From: an uncultured Pseudomonadales bacterium
Lineage (GTDB): Bacteria; Patescibacteriota; Microgenomatia; UBA1400; PJMF01
Direction of reading: 5' to 3'
Assembly: GCA_964433225.1 (NCBI GenBank)
Contig: CAYSQA010000003.1
Span: forward strand, 1 to 56,445
DNA length: 56,445 nucleotides
Part shown: piece by piece, positions 44,400-53,864 of the stretch
Numbering within the stretch: the stretch's first letter is position 1
Layout of the letters: each line of letters begins with the position of its first letter
The notes under the pieces: generated by a model
Seen by the model: only the letters and a program-made list of their open reading frames with translations
Told to the model about the DNA's origin: nothing
Databases searched by the model: none
Position numbers and translations under genes: made by a program

Positions 44400-45032
44400 A
44401 TGAAACTTTTTTTAGCTTCTGAAGCCAAAAATCCGCTTAATTTTAAAAAACTAACTGATTTTGTTGGTGGCTTTGTTGGAAAGACTATGGTTTATATTCC
44501 TACAGCTGCTAATGGTGAAAGTTTGTATGGGAGTTGGAAAAAGGAAAGTAGTACTTGGTTATTAGTCCAAACATTAGGGGCCAAAGTGATCCCGGTGGTT
44601 TTGGAAGAACAAACGACAGAAGAAATAATGGAAAAACTAGCAAAGGCTGATGTAATTTGGGTGGCTGGTGGCGCAACTGGTTATTTAATGTACTGGCTCA
44701 GGAGACATGGCTTAGATAAAACTTTGCCAAATCTTTTAGCAAAAAATAAAGTTTATATTGGTTCTAGTGCTGGCAGTATGGTGGCTAGTCAATCATTATC
44801 AGTTTGTGAGTGGTATCTGGGTGAAGTTGAAACAGGAGCAGGTTTTATTCCTGGACTTAGTTTGGTTGATTTCGAGATTTATCCTCATTTTCATGACGAA
44901 CAATTAACTGAAATTAAAGAGTTAAGAGCAAAGAATCAAACTGGTTTATCTTTGTATCTTTTAAAAGATGGGGAGGCAGTTTTAGTTGATGGCCACAAAA
45001 CTGAAGTTTTTGGTGAAGAGAGAAAGATTTAG
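44400..45032 (+). CDS. Peptidase E-like (S51) / class I glutamine amidotransferase-like protein
   Basis: VYIPTA, WVAGG, nucleophile elbow GSSAGSMV and PHF. Confidence 0.65.
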   Translation: MKLFLASEAKNPLNFKKLTDFVGGFVGKTMVYIPTAANGESLYGSWKKESSTWLLVQTLGAKVIPVVLEEQTTEEIMEKLAKADVIWVAGGATGYLMYWLRRHGLDKTLPNLLAKNKVYIGSSAGSMVASQSLSVCEWYLGEVETGAGFIPGLSLVDFEIYPHFHDEQLTEIKELRAKNQTGLSLYLLKDGEAVLVDGHKTEVFGEERKI

Positions 45033-45033
45033 T

Positions 45034-45828
45034 TTAATTTTTTTTATTGGGCAGAGGAACTAATAAGCTAGTGTTTTGTTTATAGAGTTGGTACTCTTTA
45101 TTTTCTTTATAACGTTCGTTGTATTTTTTTTCTAAAGTTGGGATGCCACTGACAAACAAAATCAGAAAAGTAATAAACACTGGTCCAGCAATAGTTAGCC
45201 AAGATAGTTCAGTCTGAAAACTAAGTGAATAAATAAAGATACCCCACCAACAAGAAATTTCACCAAAGTAATTAGGGTGTCTAGAATACCGCCAGATTCC
45301 AGACATAATTAGTTTATTTTTATTTGCTGGTTTATTTTTAAATTGAAATTTTTGCCAATCAGCCGTGGTTTCGATAACGATGCCCATCAACCAAATTAGT
45401 AAGCCAGTTAACATGGATAGATTGAAGCTGGAGGTTGTTTTTAAACTGAGCAAATAGGTACTGGGTAAACTAATCACCCAAACGGCGATGGCTTGTAACA
45501 ACCAAAATTGAGCAAACTTTCCAAAGTTTTCTCTGATGCCATCAAAACGTTTGTCTTTTTTTGTTTTCAGAATTCTAATAAATAAGTAACCAGCTAGTCT
45601 AATTCCCCAAAGAGTGATTAGAGTAACGACCAAGATTTGGTAAGGATAAAAGGTTTGATTTTTTAATAAAGTAAAAACAGCTAAAGCAATAAAAGTTAAG
45701 CCATAAGATAAGTCAGTCACTTTATCTGTTTTGAAAAAAGCAGCATAACTAAAAAATAAAACTTGAATTATAAAGCTTAAAATTAAAGTTGAGATAAATA
45801 AATTTTCCATCATTAGTTTAATCTCCAA
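45034..45828 (-). CDS. DUF1295 / steroid 5-alpha-reductase-like membrane protein
   Basis: SGIWRYSRHPNYFGE signature. About 7 TM segments. Confidence 0.75.
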   Translation of the reverse strand: MEIKLMMENLFISTLILSFIIQVLFFSYAAFFKTDKVTDLSYGLTFIALAVFTLLKNQTFYPYQILVVTLITLWGIRLAGYLFIRILKTKKDKRFDGIRENFGKFAQFWLLQAIAVWVISLPSTYLLSLKTTSSFNLSMLTGLLIWLMGIVIETTADWQKFQFKNKPANKNKLIMSGIWRYSRHPNYFGEISCWWGIFIYSLSFQTELSWLTIAGPVFITFLILFVSGIPTLEKKYNERYKENKEYQLYKQNTSLLVPLPNKKN

Positions 45829-46286
45829 ATAGCATAATTAAGTAAACTGGCAAAAGTGACCCAGAGTAAGTAGGGTAACAGTAACCAGGAAGCACGTTTG
45901 TCTATTGGGCAAAATAGTTTGATTAACCAGGCTATCATTAGCCATAAAGCAGTGATTACTACTAATGCTAAACCCAAGTTTTTTAGACCAAAGAAAACCA
46001 ATGACCACAAGGTATTCACTACTAAATGGCTAAGAAATAAGTTTTTAGCAAAGTTAGTTTTTTGGGTTGGTTTCTTTCTCCAGATTAAATAAAGAGCAAT
46101 TCCCATCATGGTATATAAAGTTAGCCAAACAGGTCCAAATAACCAGTTGGGTGGGTTGAAAAATGGTTTATTGAGGGTGGTGTACCAATTAGGAATAGCT
46201 GAAGCAGTGGCTATTGAACCAATTCCTCCTGCAGCTTGAGAAAGTAAAATAGAAATAATCAGCAGGTTTAGTTTTTTAATTTTCAT
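45813..46286 (-). CDS. tspO: TspO/MBR tryptophan-rich sensory protein
   Basis: WYTTLNKPFFNPPNWLFGPVWLTLYTMMGIALY, five TM segments, Trp-rich. ATG at 46286 is preferred to the TTG at 46307. Confidence 0.88.
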   Translation of the reverse strand: MKIKKLNLLIISILLSQAAGGIGSIATASAIPNWYTTLNKPFFNPPNWLFGPVWLTLYTMMGIALYLIWRKKPTQKTNFAKNLFLSHLVVNTLWSLVFFGLKNLGLALVVITALWLMIAWLIKLFCPIDKRASWLLLPYLLWVTFASLLNYAIWRLN

Positions 46287-46336
46287 TAATCCCAGTATAG
46301 CAAGCAAAAATAATCTTATACAATAAGCTTAAAGTT

Positions 46337-46840
46337 ATGAAAAAGAAGATAATTGTTAATGACAAAATGCAGTCAGATTATGAATATTTCTTGCTTGAGC
46401 CTGTTGGTAAAAATTTTTCTCCAGATTTCAAGCCAGAGTTAACCCCACAACAAATGTTGGAGTTAGGAGTTTTTGGTGGTAAATATTTGACTGATTGTCA
46501 AATTGAGTTTCCCCGAAGTTGGTTTGTTAATGCCAAGCTTTCTCCTGATAGAAAGGATATTTCATTAAATTTTTTTGGTGTTGATGCAAGTCAAAAACTC
46601 AGTGATTGGCAGAAAAAAGGCTGGCTTCATCCCAATGATCCACGAGGCTGGTTTCAGTGGTATTGTCGTTATTACTTGGGGAGAAGGTCAATTGATGATG
46701 ATCGTCAAATCAAACGTTGGCAAGCGATGACTAGGCACATAGCTCAGATAAAAAAGCATTGTAAAAAGGGTGATTTGAATTGTCGCAGAAAACAACGTCA
46801 AGCTTTATTGCATTGGGCGTATGATTCCAGGAAATTTTAA
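46337..46840 (+). CDS. Conserved-looking hypothetical protein (167 aa, Trp/Arg-rich)
   Basis: Intact ORF with a WLHPNDPRGWFQWYCRYYLGRR segment. Family not recognised. Confidence 0.55.
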   Translation: MKKKIIVNDKMQSDYEYFLLEPVGKNFSPDFKPELTPQQMLELGVFGGKYLTDCQIEFPRSWFVNAKLSPDRKDISLNFFGVDASQKLSDWQKKGWLHPNDPRGWFQWYCRYYLGRRSIDDDRQIKRWQAMTRHIAQIKKHCKKGDLNCRRKQRQALLHWAYDSRKF

Positions 46841-46967
46841 TTTATTTTTTTTAAAATGGGTGTATGATGTATTCTGTAGCACTTTAGAGTGCCGTGATTT
46901 TTGTACTTAAAAATGTTCTTTAAATAGTTCATAAGAACTAACTGCCTTATTTAGAAGAGAGGAAAAA

Positions 46968-49900
46968 GTGAAGAGAATTTTTAAACAATTTAGGAAGAAA
47001 ATTATTCCTAATTTATTTTTGTTGTTACTAACTATTCAAAATCTTTTTCCCCTTTCAATTCTTTTTTCATCTTCAGCTCAAGCCCAGCTCCATCTAGACC
47101 CACAAGTTGTTAGTGTTGATTTTGATACATCAACTTATGAGCTTTCTCTAAGGGTTGCTGAACCATTAGTGCTTGATTATTTAGTTGAATATCAAGATGG
47201 TGAAGGAGTTATTCAAGCTGTTCAAGGTAAAACTGAGCTTGAGACTGGTGGCACTATTGCTGAAGTTTATTTAGGGGTTTGTTCTGCTACTGATTGTATC
47301 CCTGCTGATTTTGAAACTGGAAAATTAATTTTTCCTAATACTGATTATCAGGCAGACTTTGTTTATCAAAACGGCAATTTTTGGTTAGTGGAAAACAGTT
47401 TGGCTACTATTGAAAAAGTAGAGCTCGACAAAGTTTATACTGCTCCCCAAAATGGTCAAGTTCAGGTGACTTTCACAGAGTTACCAGCTAATCCAGGAAC
47501 ACTTAGTATCCAAGAAGTTTATTTAACTGAAGAACAAATGGCAGTTTCTGGTGCGGTTAGTAAAGTGGCTTATGACATTACTTCTGATATGGAGAATGGC
47601 ACTTTTAAATATGAGCTTAAATTACCAGTTCCAGATTCGAATACTGGTGAGGTGCAGATCAAATATGCTGAAAGTGTAGAAGAGCTGGCTCAGGCTGTTG
47701 AGGTTGTTGTGGAAAAAAACGGAAATGAAGTGGTGGCCAAAGAGTTGAATCACTTTACGGTGTTTGTGGTGACTTCATTTGAGGAAGTACAAACAACTCC
47801 AACAACTGATGGCTATAACGATATTTGGTATGTTTGGGGTGATCCTGGAGCTGAAATGATCAGAGTTCCCTCTGGAACAGACGGTATTGTTTCTAGTGAA
47901 GGAAATTATCACGCCATAATAAATGATGGAGCTTTTACAAGATGGGATGGTTACAGATCGACTTTTCCAGCAGATGGTTACAATACAAGTGTTGATGTTT
48001 ATCTTGATATGTCTTTAGCTGATGGATCAGTTGATAAAAGATTTGATTTTTCATCAGCTATTAATAAACCAGATGGAAACCATCGAAGAGACTTTATTTT
48101 AAGCTTGGGAACCAATCCAAGCATACATAATCAATGGTTAGCTAGTGCTAGTAATAATTCTCCAGGATGGCCTGGCAACCCAGGAAGAAATCCCGTAGAT
48201 ATTGTTGAAACTGGTTGGTACACCATTAAACATGAATTTAGAGCTAATAGCTCAAATGTATTGGAAGTAACTATTTCTTTATATAAAAAAGGAGAATCAA
48301 CTCCAGTTGGTATTTGGGTTTTAAGTGATTCTTCTGATGTTATTGGTAATACGGTTGGTGGAAATAGATATGGATGGTTTATTTGGAGTGACAAATCCCC
48401 TGACTCATTATTAGTTGATAATACTAAAATTGAAATTATAGATCCTATTATCAAAGATATTCACTTTAATACTGGGACTCCAGTTATTGGAGGATCTACT
48501 TCTAATATTAATTTGGAGGTTCAAGCAACCTATCCAACATATGGCGTTGATCGAGTTCGTTTTAGATATGCACCGCCAGGAGAAACTTGTAAAGCACAAT
48601 ATACTTCTCCATATTTTAACAATATTGGTGATGGGACAAAAAATGGTGATTTATACTCAATAGACTGGGATGTAACAGGTCTTCCTTCTGGAGAATATAC
48701 AGCATGTGCTTTGATGCATAGAGGGTCTGGTGCTAGTTCTGAAGGTTATAAGGATGAAAATCATGCAGAATTTAAAGTTGTGATAGATAATACAAAACCA
48801 TCAGCTCCAACTATTATTTTTCCTGCAGAAAGTCAAAACTTTGTTTCAACCCCAATTTTGAATGATTGGACAGATGTAAATGATGATTCAGGAATTGATT
48901 ATTACAGAGTTGAATATAAATATGATGACGGTCACACCTTTTCAGGTTTCCCTTATAGAGAAACAACTGTTTCTCAAAGAAATCACATTCCTAATAATAG
49001 TGAACAAGGTGGAGTAAGTTTCAGAGTTCAAGCTTTTGATGGATTGGGTAATGAAGGAGATTGGTCAGAATGGAGACATTATTATTTTGATAAAGAAGCT
49101 CCAACTACGCCAACAAATTTAAGAAGATATATTAAAGGTACTACTACTGAGCTAGCCTGTGGTAATGTTACTCAAAGACAGACATTAATTCCAATTTGGG
49201 ATGCAAATACAGAAAGTGATTTTGATCACTATGAATATAGTTCATTTAACCCAGGAGGATCTCAAGGAATAAATGAAGAGATTCTCTATACCAATGAAAA
49301 GATGCATTCTTGGACACCTCCAACCGATGGCACCTATGGTTTTGCTGTTAGGGCTGTTGATAAGGCTGGTAACAAATCAGCTTGGTCATTGTCAGGTGAA
49401 AGTTTAGTTGGTAGTTGTCAAATTACCTATGATTCGATTGCCCCAGATGTAGAAATTACTTCACCAGCCGCTGGTTTAGTTACTGGTATTGTAGATATTA
49501 GAGGGTCAGTTGAGGATACAAATCCACATCATTACTGGTTTGTTATTCAAAACTCTAGTGGCACTACAATCGCTGGTCCAGGAGTTGTAAATGATACTTC
49601 TTCTTTTACTGATGAATTGCTTTTATCTTGGGATGTTAGTTCATTACCAGATGGTGAATATACTATCAAGTTAGAGGCAAGAGATGCCGCTAATAATAAA
49701 GATGGTGGTTCAGTGCATTGGGTAAAAGTATTAGTTGATAATACCAAACCTTCTAGCACCATCACTTCTTATGGTTTAGGCAATGGCGGTGAAGTTGAAA
49801 CAAATACTTTTGATGGTTTGATTGAGGGGATAGCGACTGATATTGGCTCTGGTGTAGACCATGTTTTACTCTCTGTAGGTTACTATTCATTCGGAGATGG

Positions 49901-51110
49901 TCCTGCTGGTCAGAAATATTGGGATAAAGATGCTGCCACTTGGGTAGTTGGTGAAGTATTATTCCAAGCTAATGGAGCAGATACCTGGAGTTACCAATTA
50001 CCAGATGTGCCGGAGGGTGTTTACACTATTACTTCTCACGCAGTAGATGTGGCTGGTAACCAAGAAGCCACTTTTGTGATTACGATTGTGTATGACAAAA
50101 CAATTCCAGAAGTAACTCTAACAATAGACCCAACATCTCCTGATGGAGACAATGGTTGGTACAAAACTTTACCAACCATAACTTTGACTGCCACTGATAA
50201 TTATCAAACGGAGAAAATTGAGTACCACTGGAACAGTGATGGCTGGTCTACCTATACCAACTCATTAACTCCTCCAAGTGAAGGTCAAAACATTATTTAC
50301 TATCGAGGAGTGGATAAAGTAGGTAATACCACTGCTGTTGGAGTCAAAGAAGTCAAATATGATGCGACTGCTCCAGTTGATGGTCCGCTCAACGTCAAAG
50401 TAGAGAATATTACTTTGGATTCTGCAATCGGTAAATGGGAAGCTCCAACTACTAACTCAGACATCACTCGCTATGTACTTTCATGGAAACATGAATCAGG
50501 TGATAGTAATGGTATAGAAGTAGGCTCTGATATTTTTGAGCATGAAATGAAGAGTCTTTATAACGGTGAATGGACATTTATTGTTAAAGCCATGGATGAT
50601 GCTGGTAACTTCAAAGAATCAGCAGTTAAATTCAGAATTGGCCCACCAGTTGGTGGTACTAGCTCAATTTCTGAAGGAACTGTTTTAGGAGTAATTGACG
50701 AAACTGGTGAAACTACTAGGCCAACTAGTCAGGTAGCTGGTGTGGTTACAACAGTAGATGAAGCTTCTGAAAAGACTGAAGAACAAACTACTGATAATAA
50801 TGAAGAAGGTCAAGTTCTCGGTGAAACAAAAGAACAATGCACTGGCGTTACTAGTAATTTGCCATGGTTATTATTGGTTATTCAGTTCGCCCTAATGGGA
50901 TTAGCAGAATTGTTATTTAAGAATGCAGATAAAAAGATCAAAAAAACAATTTTCTGGGGATTGGCGTTATTAATGCCAGTAGTCTTTTATCTATCCAGAA
51001 ATGAAGCTTGTTATAGTACTTTTGTTTATAATTGGTTTGTTTTGCCATCATTAGGAACAACGGTTTTGGCTAGATTGGTTAGTTACTTCTTCATTGAAGA
51101 AATCGCTTAG
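46968..51110 (+). CDS. Giant surface protein with signal peptide, multiple Ig/FN3-like modules and a polytopic C-terminal anchor (1380 aa)
   Basis: Signal-like N-terminus ending SSAQAQ. Recurring module junctions: VIDNTKPSAPTI, FDKEAPTTPTNL, YDSIAPDVEITSP, VLVDNTKPSSTI, YDKTIPEVTLTI and YDATAPVDGPLNV. A Thr/Glu-rich linker precedes three C-terminal hydrophobic segments. GTG start. Confidence 0.8.
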   Translation: MKRIFKQFRKKIIPNLFLLLLTIQNLFPLSILFSSSAQAQLHLDPQVVSVDFDTSTYELSLRVAEPLVLDYLVEYQDGEGVIQAVQGKTELETGGTIAEVYLGVCSATDCIPADFETGKLIFPNTDYQADFVYQNGNFWLVENSLATIEKVELDKVYTAPQNGQVQVTFTELPANPGTLSIQEVYLTEEQMAVSGAVSKVAYDITSDMENGTFKYELKLPVPDSNTGEVQIKYAESVEELAQAVEVVVEKNGNEVVAKELNHFTVFVVTSFEEVQTTPTTDGYNDIWYVWGDPGAEMIRVPSGTDGIVSSEGNYHAIINDGAFTRWDGYRSTFPADGYNTSVDVYLDMSLADGSVDKRFDFSSAINKPDGNHRRDFILSLGTNPSIHNQWLASASNNSPGWPGNPGRNPVDIVETGWYTIKHEFRANSSNVLEVTISLYKKGESTPVGIWVLSDSSDVIGNTVGGNRYGWFIWSDKSPDSLLVDNTKIEIIDPIIKDIHFNTGTPVIGGSTSNINLEVQATYPTYGVDRVRFRYAPPGETCKAQYTSPYFNNIGDGTKNGDLYSIDWDVTGLPSGEYTACALMHRGSGASSEGYKDENHAEFKVVIDNTKPSAPTIIFPAESQNFVSTPILNDWTDVNDDSGIDYYRVEYKYDDGHTFSGFPYRETTVSQRNHIPNNSEQGGVSFRVQAFDGLGNEGDWSEWRHYYFDKEAPTTPTNLRRYIKGTTTELACGNVTQRQTLIPIWDANTESDFDHYEYSSFNPGGSQGINEEILYTNEKMHSWTPPTDGTYGFAVRAVDKAGNKSAWSLSGESLVGSCQITYDSIAPDVEITSPAAGLVTGIVDIRGSVEDTNPHHYWFVIQNSSGTTIAGPGVVNDTSSFTDELLLSWDVSSLPDGEYTIKLEARDAANNKDGGSVHWVKVLVDNTKPSSTITSYGLGNGGEVETNTFDGLIEGIATDIGSGVDHVLLSVGYYSFGDGPAGQKYWDKDAATWVVGEVLFQANGADTWSYQLPDVPEGVYTITSHAVDVAGNQEATFVITIVYDKTIPEVTLTIDPTSPDGDNGWYKTLPTITLTATDNYQTEKIEYHWNSDGWSTYTNSLTPPSEGQNIIYYRGVDKVGNTTAVGVKEVKYDATAPVDGPLNVKVENITLDSAIGKWEAPTTNSDITRYVLSWKHESGDSNGIEVGSDIFEHEMKSLYNGEWTFIVKAMDDAGNFKESAVKFRIGPPVGGTSSISEGTVLGVIDETGETTRPTSQVAGVVTTVDEASEKTEEQTTDNNEEGQVLGETKEQCTGVTSNLPWLLLVIQFALMGLAELLFKNADKKIKKTIFWGLALLMPVVFYLSRNEACYSTFVYNWFVLPSLGTTVLARLVSYFFIEEIA

Positions 51111-51135
51111 CGTAGTAATTAGTAAAAACATAAGA

Positions 51136-51163
51136 ACTCCCCTACTTCAAATAGGGGAGTTTT
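51136..51163 (+). terminator. Intrinsic terminator after the surface-protein gene
   Basis: ACTCCCCTA cttcaaa TAGGGGAGT followed by a short T run. Confidence 0.7.
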
Positions 51164-51194
51164 GTTATATAATCTCTTTTTATGTTACTAGCTA

Positions 51195-51245
51195 ACACAC
51201 ACCATCATGCTTGGTATTACACCCTGAAAGGAGGTGTGTGTTTTT
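51195..51245 (+). promoter_or_regulatory. Terminator-like hairpin ACACACACC...GGTGTGTGT plus T5 (possible attenuator)
   Basis: 9-bp perfect arms at 51195-51203 and 51233-51241 followed by TTTTT. An alternative 5' arm ACACC lies at 51219-51223. The hairpin sits inside a 21-codon mini-ORF (51182-51247). Confidence 0.45.
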
Positions 51246-51285
51246 AGTGGTTTAATTTCATCAAAATAAATTTAAAAATACATTT

Positions 51286-51310
51286 AACCTCCTTTTTAGG
51301 AGGTTTTTTT
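51286..51310 (+). promoter_or_regulatory. Second terminator-like hairpin AACCTCC ttttt AGGAGGTT plus T run, 18 nt before the hisC-like start
   Basis: Perfect 7-bp stem whose 3' arm is an AGGAGG Shine-Dalgarno-like sequence, followed by T7. Confidence 0.45.
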
Positions 51311-51327
51311 GTATTTGGAAAGGAAAA

Positions 51328-52395
51328 ATGAAAGTAAATAATGAAAAACAATTCATTAGTATGAAGCAACTTTATGCTTTTGGTAAAAAAAGGAAAATAG
51401 ATTTGTCATTAAGTGAAAATCCATTGGGGTGTTCACCTGTGGTGGCTATGGCTTTAGGAAAAACCAATTTTCAGATTAATGATTACCCACAGCCAAATGG
51501 TAGTTTTCTCAAGAAAAAACTAGCCAGTTTCAATGGTTTAAAAACGGCTAATTTTTTTGTGGCTAATGGTTCAGAAGCAATAATTTGTTCTTTGCCAAGG
51601 TTATTTAGTAATAGTGATGGTGAGGTGCTTATTCCAAATCTAACTTTTCCGATGTTCAAAACGAGCTCATTACTAGCGGGATTAAAAGTGATAGAAATAC
51701 CAATGACTAAATCTTTGAAAATTAATTTAAATAAATTTGAACAACTAATTACTGAAAATACTAAAATAATTTTTTTATGTAATCCCAATAATCCTACTGG
51801 TTCTATTTTGTCTAAGAAAAAAATATTAGCTTTTTTGAAAAAAATATCCAAAAATATTTTATTAATTATCGATGAAGCAAATATTGAATTTGGTGGAGAA
51901 AGCATGATTGGTGAAGTTAAAAACAATCGTAATTTGGTCGTGTTAAGAACCTTTTCCAAAGGTTTTGGCTTGGCTAACTTACGGGTTGGTTTTGCTGTAG
52001 CTAATGAAAAAATTGTTAATCAGTTAGAAAGAATTAGTCAGCCTTTTGCTACTAGTGGTTTGAGTGAACTACTCACGAGTGTTGCTTTAACAGATCAAAA
52101 CTTTATTCAGCAAACCAAAAAATTTATTAGTCAACAAAGAAGGCTAATAAAAAAACAATTAGTTAGTTTTGGTTTTAAGGTTTTTCCTTCACAAGCTAAT
52201 AATTTATTTGTTAAATTACCCGGTAACATTTCAGTTCAAAAATTTGAACAAGCTTTAGATAGAAATAATATTTCTTTGGTGATGGGCAAAAGTTTTTCCG
52301 GCTTTGATAATCAATTTTTTAGGGTGAGCATTAGAGATGAAAAAACTAATCAAAAATTTTTAAAATTTATTGAAAAAATTAGCGATACTGATTAA
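51328..52395 (+). CDS. hisC: Histidinol-phosphate aminotransferase-like class I/II aminotransferase
   Basis: LSENPLGCSP, NPNNPTG, IDEANIEF and RTFSKGFGLANLRVGF (PLP lysine). Confidence 0.75.
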   Translation: MKVNNEKQFISMKQLYAFGKKRKIDLSLSENPLGCSPVVAMALGKTNFQINDYPQPNGSFLKKKLASFNGLKTANFFVANGSEAIICSLPRLFSNSDGEVLIPNLTFPMFKTSSLLAGLKVIEIPMTKSLKINLNKFEQLITENTKIIFLCNPNNPTGSILSKKKILAFLKKISKNILLIIDEANIEFGGESMIGEVKNNRNLVVLRTFSKGFGLANLRVGFAVANEKIVNQLERISQPFATSGLSELLTSVALTDQNFIQQTKKFISQQRRLIKKQLVSFGFKVFPSQANNLFVKLPGNISVQKFEQALDRNNISLVMGKSFSGFDNQFFRVSIRDEKTNQKFLKFIEKISDTD

Positions 52396-53179
52396 TTGTT
52401 TCTTTTAATTCTTTAGCCGCTTGTTGAGGTTGGTCATTAAAAATAATCTCTCGTGATGAATTAATAATTAAACCAGCTTTATTGTTATTTAAACCAGCTT
52501 TGAGTACTGATGGAAGATCACCACCTTGAGCCCCGATCCCAGGAACTAGCATGGTCATCTCACCAATGATTTTTCTAGCCTCAGCTAACTCTTCTGGATA
52601 AGTAGCACCTAGAACCAACATACAGTTATTGTTTTTATTCCAGTCAGTGGTTACTTTTTTTGCTACTATTTTCCAGAGTGGTTGGTCATCTAGTTTTAGG
52701 TTCTGAAGTTCATTGGCTCCTGGATTAGAAGTGTGACAAAGAATAATCGAGATTTTATCTTTTCTAGCTAAAAAGGGCTTTAGAGCCTCTTTACCAAGAT
52801 ATGGATGTAAAGTAACAGCATCAAAGCCTAACTGATCAAAGATAGAGGCGACATATCCATCATTGGTGGAGCCAATGTCGGCTCTTTTGGCATCGGCGAT
52901 GGTAAAAATATCTGGGTATCTCGTTTTTAGATAGTCCATCGTGAGTTGAAGTTCTGTCCAGCCTTGAGACCCTCTGGCTTCATAAAAGGCTAAATTGGGT
53001 TTGTAGGCAGCGATATCTTGATGGGTTTGATCAATGATCCACTTATTGAAATTAAATTGGGGGGTGGGACTTTGGAGAAATTCTTTGGGTAGTTTATTAA
53101 TATTTGAGTCAAGACCAACACAGACTAATGAATTAACTTGGTTAACTCTAGTTGAATATTTTTTTATGGCGCTATTCAT
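52379..53179 (-). CDS. pyrF: Orotidine 5'-phosphate decarboxylase (type 2)
   Basis: LVCVGLD, DAKRADIGST and PGIGAQGG. ATG at 53179 is preferred to 53218. The 3' end overlaps the convergent hisC-like gene by 17 nt. Confidence 0.88.
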   Translation of the reverse strand: MNSAIKKYSTRVNQVNSLVCVGLDSNINKLPKEFLQSPTPQFNFNKWIIDQTHQDIAAYKPNLAFYEARGSQGWTELQLTMDYLKTRYPDIFTIADAKRADIGSTNDGYVASIFDQLGFDAVTLHPYLGKEALKPFLARKDKISIILCHTSNPGANELQNLKLDDQPLWKIVAKKVTTDWNKNNNCMLVLGATYPEELAEARKIIGEMTMLVPGIGAQGGDLPSVLKAGLNNNKAGLIINSSREIIFNDQPQQAAKELKETINQYR

Positions 53180-53813
53180 GTTGTTTGGTCCAAGCATGAG
53201 GGTCTGCCAACCAATCATTAACGATCGCTACTTGACTAAAGGTAAGTAATTTTCTTTTTAAAGCTTCAGCTAAAATATAATCAAAAGTAGTGAGGGTATG
53301 AAGTTTAACATTTACTTGTTTAAAAGAGATTTCTGCTTCTTTAAATTCGTAACTGGTAATGGCCAAACAGTCACTAATTTGGCCTAGTTCTTGTTTAATA
53401 GCAGTGACTCCACGGAGGCTGGAGTAACCAGTAGTGATATGGTCTTCAATTAATAACACTTTTTTATTTTTAACAGTTCCTCCTTCAATACTTTTTTTAG
53501 TGCCATGATCTTTGACAGCTTTTCTAATAAACATAGATGGTTTTTGTAAATGAAAGCCAAGGGCTGCGCTGTGAGGAATCCCAGCGGATTCAATACCAGC
53601 AATGACATCAAAAGTTAATTTCTTTTCTTCAATTAATTTTCTAAAACCATTTATTACTATTCGCCACTGTTTAACATTGGCGGGGAAAACCCTGTTGTCT
53701 AGGTAAACAGGTGACAAAATACCTGATTTAAACTTAATAGGATTGGAGGTGCTGAAGCCGACCGCTTTGATGTCCAATAAAGCTTGGGCTATTTTTTTTG
53801 CATAGTTCATCAA
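53172..53813 (-). CDS. pyrE: Orotate phosphoribosyltransferase
   Basis: PRPP-binding VLLIEDHITTGYS and GIESAGIP. Confidence 0.9.
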   Translation of the reverse strand: MMNYAKKIAQALLDIKAVGFSTSNPIKFKSGILSPVYLDNRVFPANVKQWRIVINGFRKLIEEKKLTFDVIAGIESAGIPHSAALGFHLQKPSMFIRKAVKDHGTKKSIEGGTVKNKKVLLIEDHITTGYSSLRGVTAIKQELGQISDCLAITSYEFKEAEISFKQVNVKLHTLTTFDYILAEALKRKLLTFSQVAIVNDWLADPHAWTKQHE

Positions 53814-53864
53814 AAACTAAGGATAGCACTGATAAAAGTATTTTTTAAGTTATAATTTTAAATT

